From positions 135,286,001 to 135,350,000 of the forward strand of contig NC_086097.1 of assembly GCF_963921235.1 (NCBI RefSeq): DNA of 64,000 bases. Direction: 5' to 3'. Every line of letters begins with the position of its first letter. Positions within the stretch are counted from its first letter, which is position 1. Source of the stretch: Mobula hypostoma (Eukaryota). The translations under genes were made by a program, and so were the position numbers. The notes beneath the pieces are model-generated. The model was not told the DNA's origin, ran no database searches, and saw only the letters and a list, made by a program, of their open reading frames with translations. Below, in pieces: positions 62,821-64,000 of the stretch.

Positions 62821-63194
62821 TGGGGTGAATGACAGCTGTTCTCAGACAGCTCTAAAAACTTCAAGGGATTAGTGATCATCTGAATCACCTGCTGCATTTA
62901 TCACTCCAGATGGTAGAGCTTATGGTATTGCAAAGTCCCTTCGTGAGCTGCTGCAGTGTACCAACAGAGAAGCATGCAATGCAACAATGATAGGAGGTTG
63001 GCTAGTTCAAAGACTTGTAGCAGCTTAGTTTATATGAACAACTTGAAGCATGTAATTTCTTCACAAGCTAATCTGTTCATTTGTAGCCTTTAAAATCTGG
63101 ACAACTCAAATCAATGGTTTTTGAACAATTATATTCAAGTGCCTTTAATTCCCTCAGAGGTTCATCTCAATGATGCTCAACATACAGCTGTATT

Positions 63195-63860
63195 AGAATC
63201 AGAATCAGGTTTAATATCACTGGCATAAGGCATGAATTTTGTTGTTTTAAGGCAGCAATACACATTAAAAACTATAAATTACAGTAAGTGTATATAAAAA
63301 AGAGAATTAAGTAGCACAAAAAGAGAAGAAAAAATACTGAGGTAGTGTTCATGGGTTCACTGTCCATTCAAAAATATGATGGTGGAGTAGAAGTAGTCAA
63401 TCCTGAAATGTTGAATTTGTCCTCAGGCTCCCCTACCTCCTCCTTGATGGTAACAATGAGAAGAGAGCATGTCCTGGGTCCTTAACGATAGATGCGACCT
63501 TTTTGAGGCATTACCTTTTGTAGGTGTCCTGGATGCTAGGGAGGTTTGTGCCCGTGATGGAGCTGGTAGAGTTTACAAATTTCAGCGGCACTTTTCAATC
63601 CTGTGAGTGGCTCTTCCATACCAGACGGTGATGCAACCAGTAAAAATACTTTCCACTATATATCCAGAGAAATTTGCAAGTGTTTTTGGTGTCATACCAA
63701 TTCTCCTCAAACCCCTAATGAAACACAGCCACTGGCGATCCTTCTTTGCAATTGCATCGATATGTTGGGCCCAGGATAGATCTTCAGAGATGTTGACACC
63801 CAGGAACTTGAAACTGCTCACTTCTGATCCCTCAATGAGGATTGATTAAGTTCTCTCAAC
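63195..63860 (-). mobile_element. Rex1/Babar LINE 3' fragment; a CR1 3' end follows at ~63864-64000 (-)
   Basis: SSFKFLGVNISEDLSWAQHI...CITVWYG; (gattct) tail at ~63195-63208. Confidence 0.85.
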
Positions 63861-64000
63861 TTTCAATAGACAATAGGAGTAGGTCATTCAGCCCTTCGAG
63901 CCAGCACCGCCATTCACTGTGATCGTGGCTGATCATCCACAATCAGTATCCCGTTCCTGCCTTCTCCCCATATCCCTTGGCTCCGCTATCTTTAAGAGCT

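Noticed and set aside
58407..64000. Further upstream tbc1d31 exons
   Set aside because: No segment resembling the preceding exon (FIWRSLLQLPENH-like) was found; the region is mostly CR1/Rex1.

Overview
Vertebrate genomic DNA, almost certainly from a cartilaginous fish and probably a ray. The evidence is the repeat landscape: CR1/HER1-type LINEs, HE1-like V-SINEs, DeuSINEs, Rex1/Babar LINEs and Penelope elements. Most of the window is transposon-derived. Two host loci lie on the minus strand. (1) The last 12 coding exons of tbc1d31 (WDR67) run from 58406 to the stop at 21678. All have GT-AG boundaries and splice in frame (1819 nt), and there is a candidate 18-nt microexon. (2) Downstream, where FAM83A follows TBC1D31 in other vertebrates, lie decayed exons 1 and 2 of fam83a with stops, frameshifts and a 65-nt loss, which suggests a unitary pseudogene. 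Mobile elements include a full-length DD34E Tc1 transposon, a near-complete Penelope element and many Penelope-derived fragments carrying minimal hammerhead-ribozyme motifs. There are also two solo LTRs (one 1.18 kb with a long U3 reading frame), a hAT-Charlie deletion derivative carrying a CR1 fragment, RTE-related non-autonomous elements and several nested insertions with identifiable target-site duplications. Homology calls rest on remembered reference sequences, not on database searches. No prokaryote-type system (CRISPR array, operon) is present.
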